From Octopus sinensis (Eukaryota): a stretch of 64,000 bases of DNA. Where the stretch lies: NCBI RefSeq assembly GCF_006345805.1, contig NC_043015.1, positions 41,726,001 to 41,790,000 of the forward strand, read 5' to 3'. Below, one piece after another: positions 62,748 through 64,000 of this stretch. The position numbers were made by a program, and so were the translations under genes. The notes below the pieces were generated by a model, which had not been told where the DNA came from, searched no databases, and saw only the letters and a list, made by a program, of their open reading frames with translations. The number at the start of each line of letters is the position of its first letter. Within the stretch, counting starts at the first letter, position 1.

Positions 62748-63008
62748 CGAGGGCTGATCAATAAGTATCCGTATTGTTGCCATAGTAACGAAGCTAAAGC
62801 ACACAGAGTAAATCCGCGTGGCACAGATTGACCCTCTACCCTGCTGCCCATGTGCACTAAGTTTTAACATTCTATCTCACTTCCGCTGTCTACAGCATTA
62901 CTTGGAAAGAAGATATGTGACGTGTGATCGTCGCATCGGAGCAGAGAATCTGCATCAAATTTTGCCAAAAGCTTGGCGACATCTGCTCAGGGGCCAACGA
63001 AAAGATTT
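62748..63008 (+). mobile_element. mariner-type transposon 5' end
   Basis: TA|CGAGGGCTGATCAATAAGT terminus; N-terminal EQRICIKFCQKLG at ~62939-62980. Confidence 0.75.
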
Positions 63009-63210
63009 CAAACTTTTTTCCTCGATCTTGACACAATAAAATAGATCTTGTGCAACTGAAACCCGGGTGTCTTTTTCGGTCAACTGAAAGCAGTTGTGGC
63101 ATAAACTTGGTAAATACGCGTCTCATACACAAATCTCCATTGATAATGGACGGAACTGAACCGTAATTAATCTGCATATCGTCTGATAACTCGCAGATGG
63201 TGATTCGAGA
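63009..63210 (-). mobile_element. Inverted internal mariner transposase fragment
   Basis: RITICELSDDMQINYGSVPSIINGDLCMRRVFTKFMPQLLSVDRKR: second HTH plus a WVP-like linker motif. Confidence 0.75.
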
Positions 63211-63478
63211 GACCAACAAGACTCATTGTAACACCAAAAATGAACTGAAGGCAAAGATTATGGCAGCATTTACCAGCTTAAAAAAGGAGGCCGTCCAGAA
63301 GATTTGCAGCAGATTCCAAAGTCATCTGGAAGCCATGATTGAAGCCAATGGCGATTTTATTGAGTAAATTTACTCTTTAGTAATTCAAGATATTTTAACG
63401 TAATTTTGGTAAATATATTTGTTAAACTGAGATGTCAGTGTTATCTAATTTAGACAGCAGTTTATTCACCGCACCCTG
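63205..63478 (+). mobile_element. Tc1-like (probably DD37D/maT) transposon 3' end
   Basis: ETNKTHCNTKNELKAKIMAAFTSLKKEAVQKICSRFQSHLEAMIEANGDFIE* (stop at 63365-63367); terminus TTCACCGCACCCTG|TA. Confidence 0.8.
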
Positions 63479-63502
63479 TATGTATATATATATATATAAT
63501 AT

Positions 63503-63534
<32 letters not shown>

Positions 63535-64000
63535 CATGTATGTATATCATTGTTCAGTTTTATTTCAAGGTTTCTTGTCAATAGAGAAAGAGCCGGATTC
63601 TAATCTAGACCCAAAGCTCTTTCATTGGAATTTCAACATCAACAACAGGGTCCTTTGTATGTATGTATGTACGTATGTATGTACGTATGTATGTATGTAT
63701 GTATGTATGTATGTATGTATGTATGTATGTATGTATGCGTGAATACATATATAGGCATGTATACATCTAGGTATTTATACATATAGTCGTAAGTCTTGGC
63801 CACTCTGCGTTACAGGAATCTCAGGTATACTCGGTTCCGGTCGGTTGGAAGAACTCGAAATGACCTCCTCTGCATAGCTCTGGATTCTCTCCCACCTCCA
63901 CTTGAAAATTCCGGCTTCGTTTCCAAATAAAGAGAAGCGGTTTAAAGTCGTAGTCTTGAATCAGTGTGCACAGGCCTTTTTTTAGGAATTAAGGTGTGTG

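Overview
AT-rich, repeat-saturated eukaryotic (animal) genomic DNA. The SINE families, Helitrons, Tc1/mariner remnants and dense microsatellites look like an octopus/coleoid cephalopod genome; this is inferred from recognition, not from a search. No intact host protein-coding gene could be supported. Almost every ORF in the track is a translated microsatellite, a SINE-derived frame or a decayed transposon. The window holds four main SINE-like families (labelled A-D here, >50 copies or fragments; family B often in head-to-tail multimers) and decayed CR1-type and RTE-type LINEs. It also has a probable Penelope-like RT remnant, Tc1/mariner fragments (one a three-part chimera), a clean 238-bp hAT MITE with an 8-bp TSD, three non-autonomous Helitrons, several long inverted repeats and a 100-N assembly gap. 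The items most worth follow-up are: recurrent SINE multimer junctions; an ~85-bp target-site duplication around a SINE; a dispersed minisatellite rich in STAT-type TTCNNNGAA sites; a GATAA cluster; large foldback structures; and a speculative two-exon start of a secreted or membrane protein on the minus strand. I found no evidence for a CRISPR array, rRNA or a bona fide tRNA gene.
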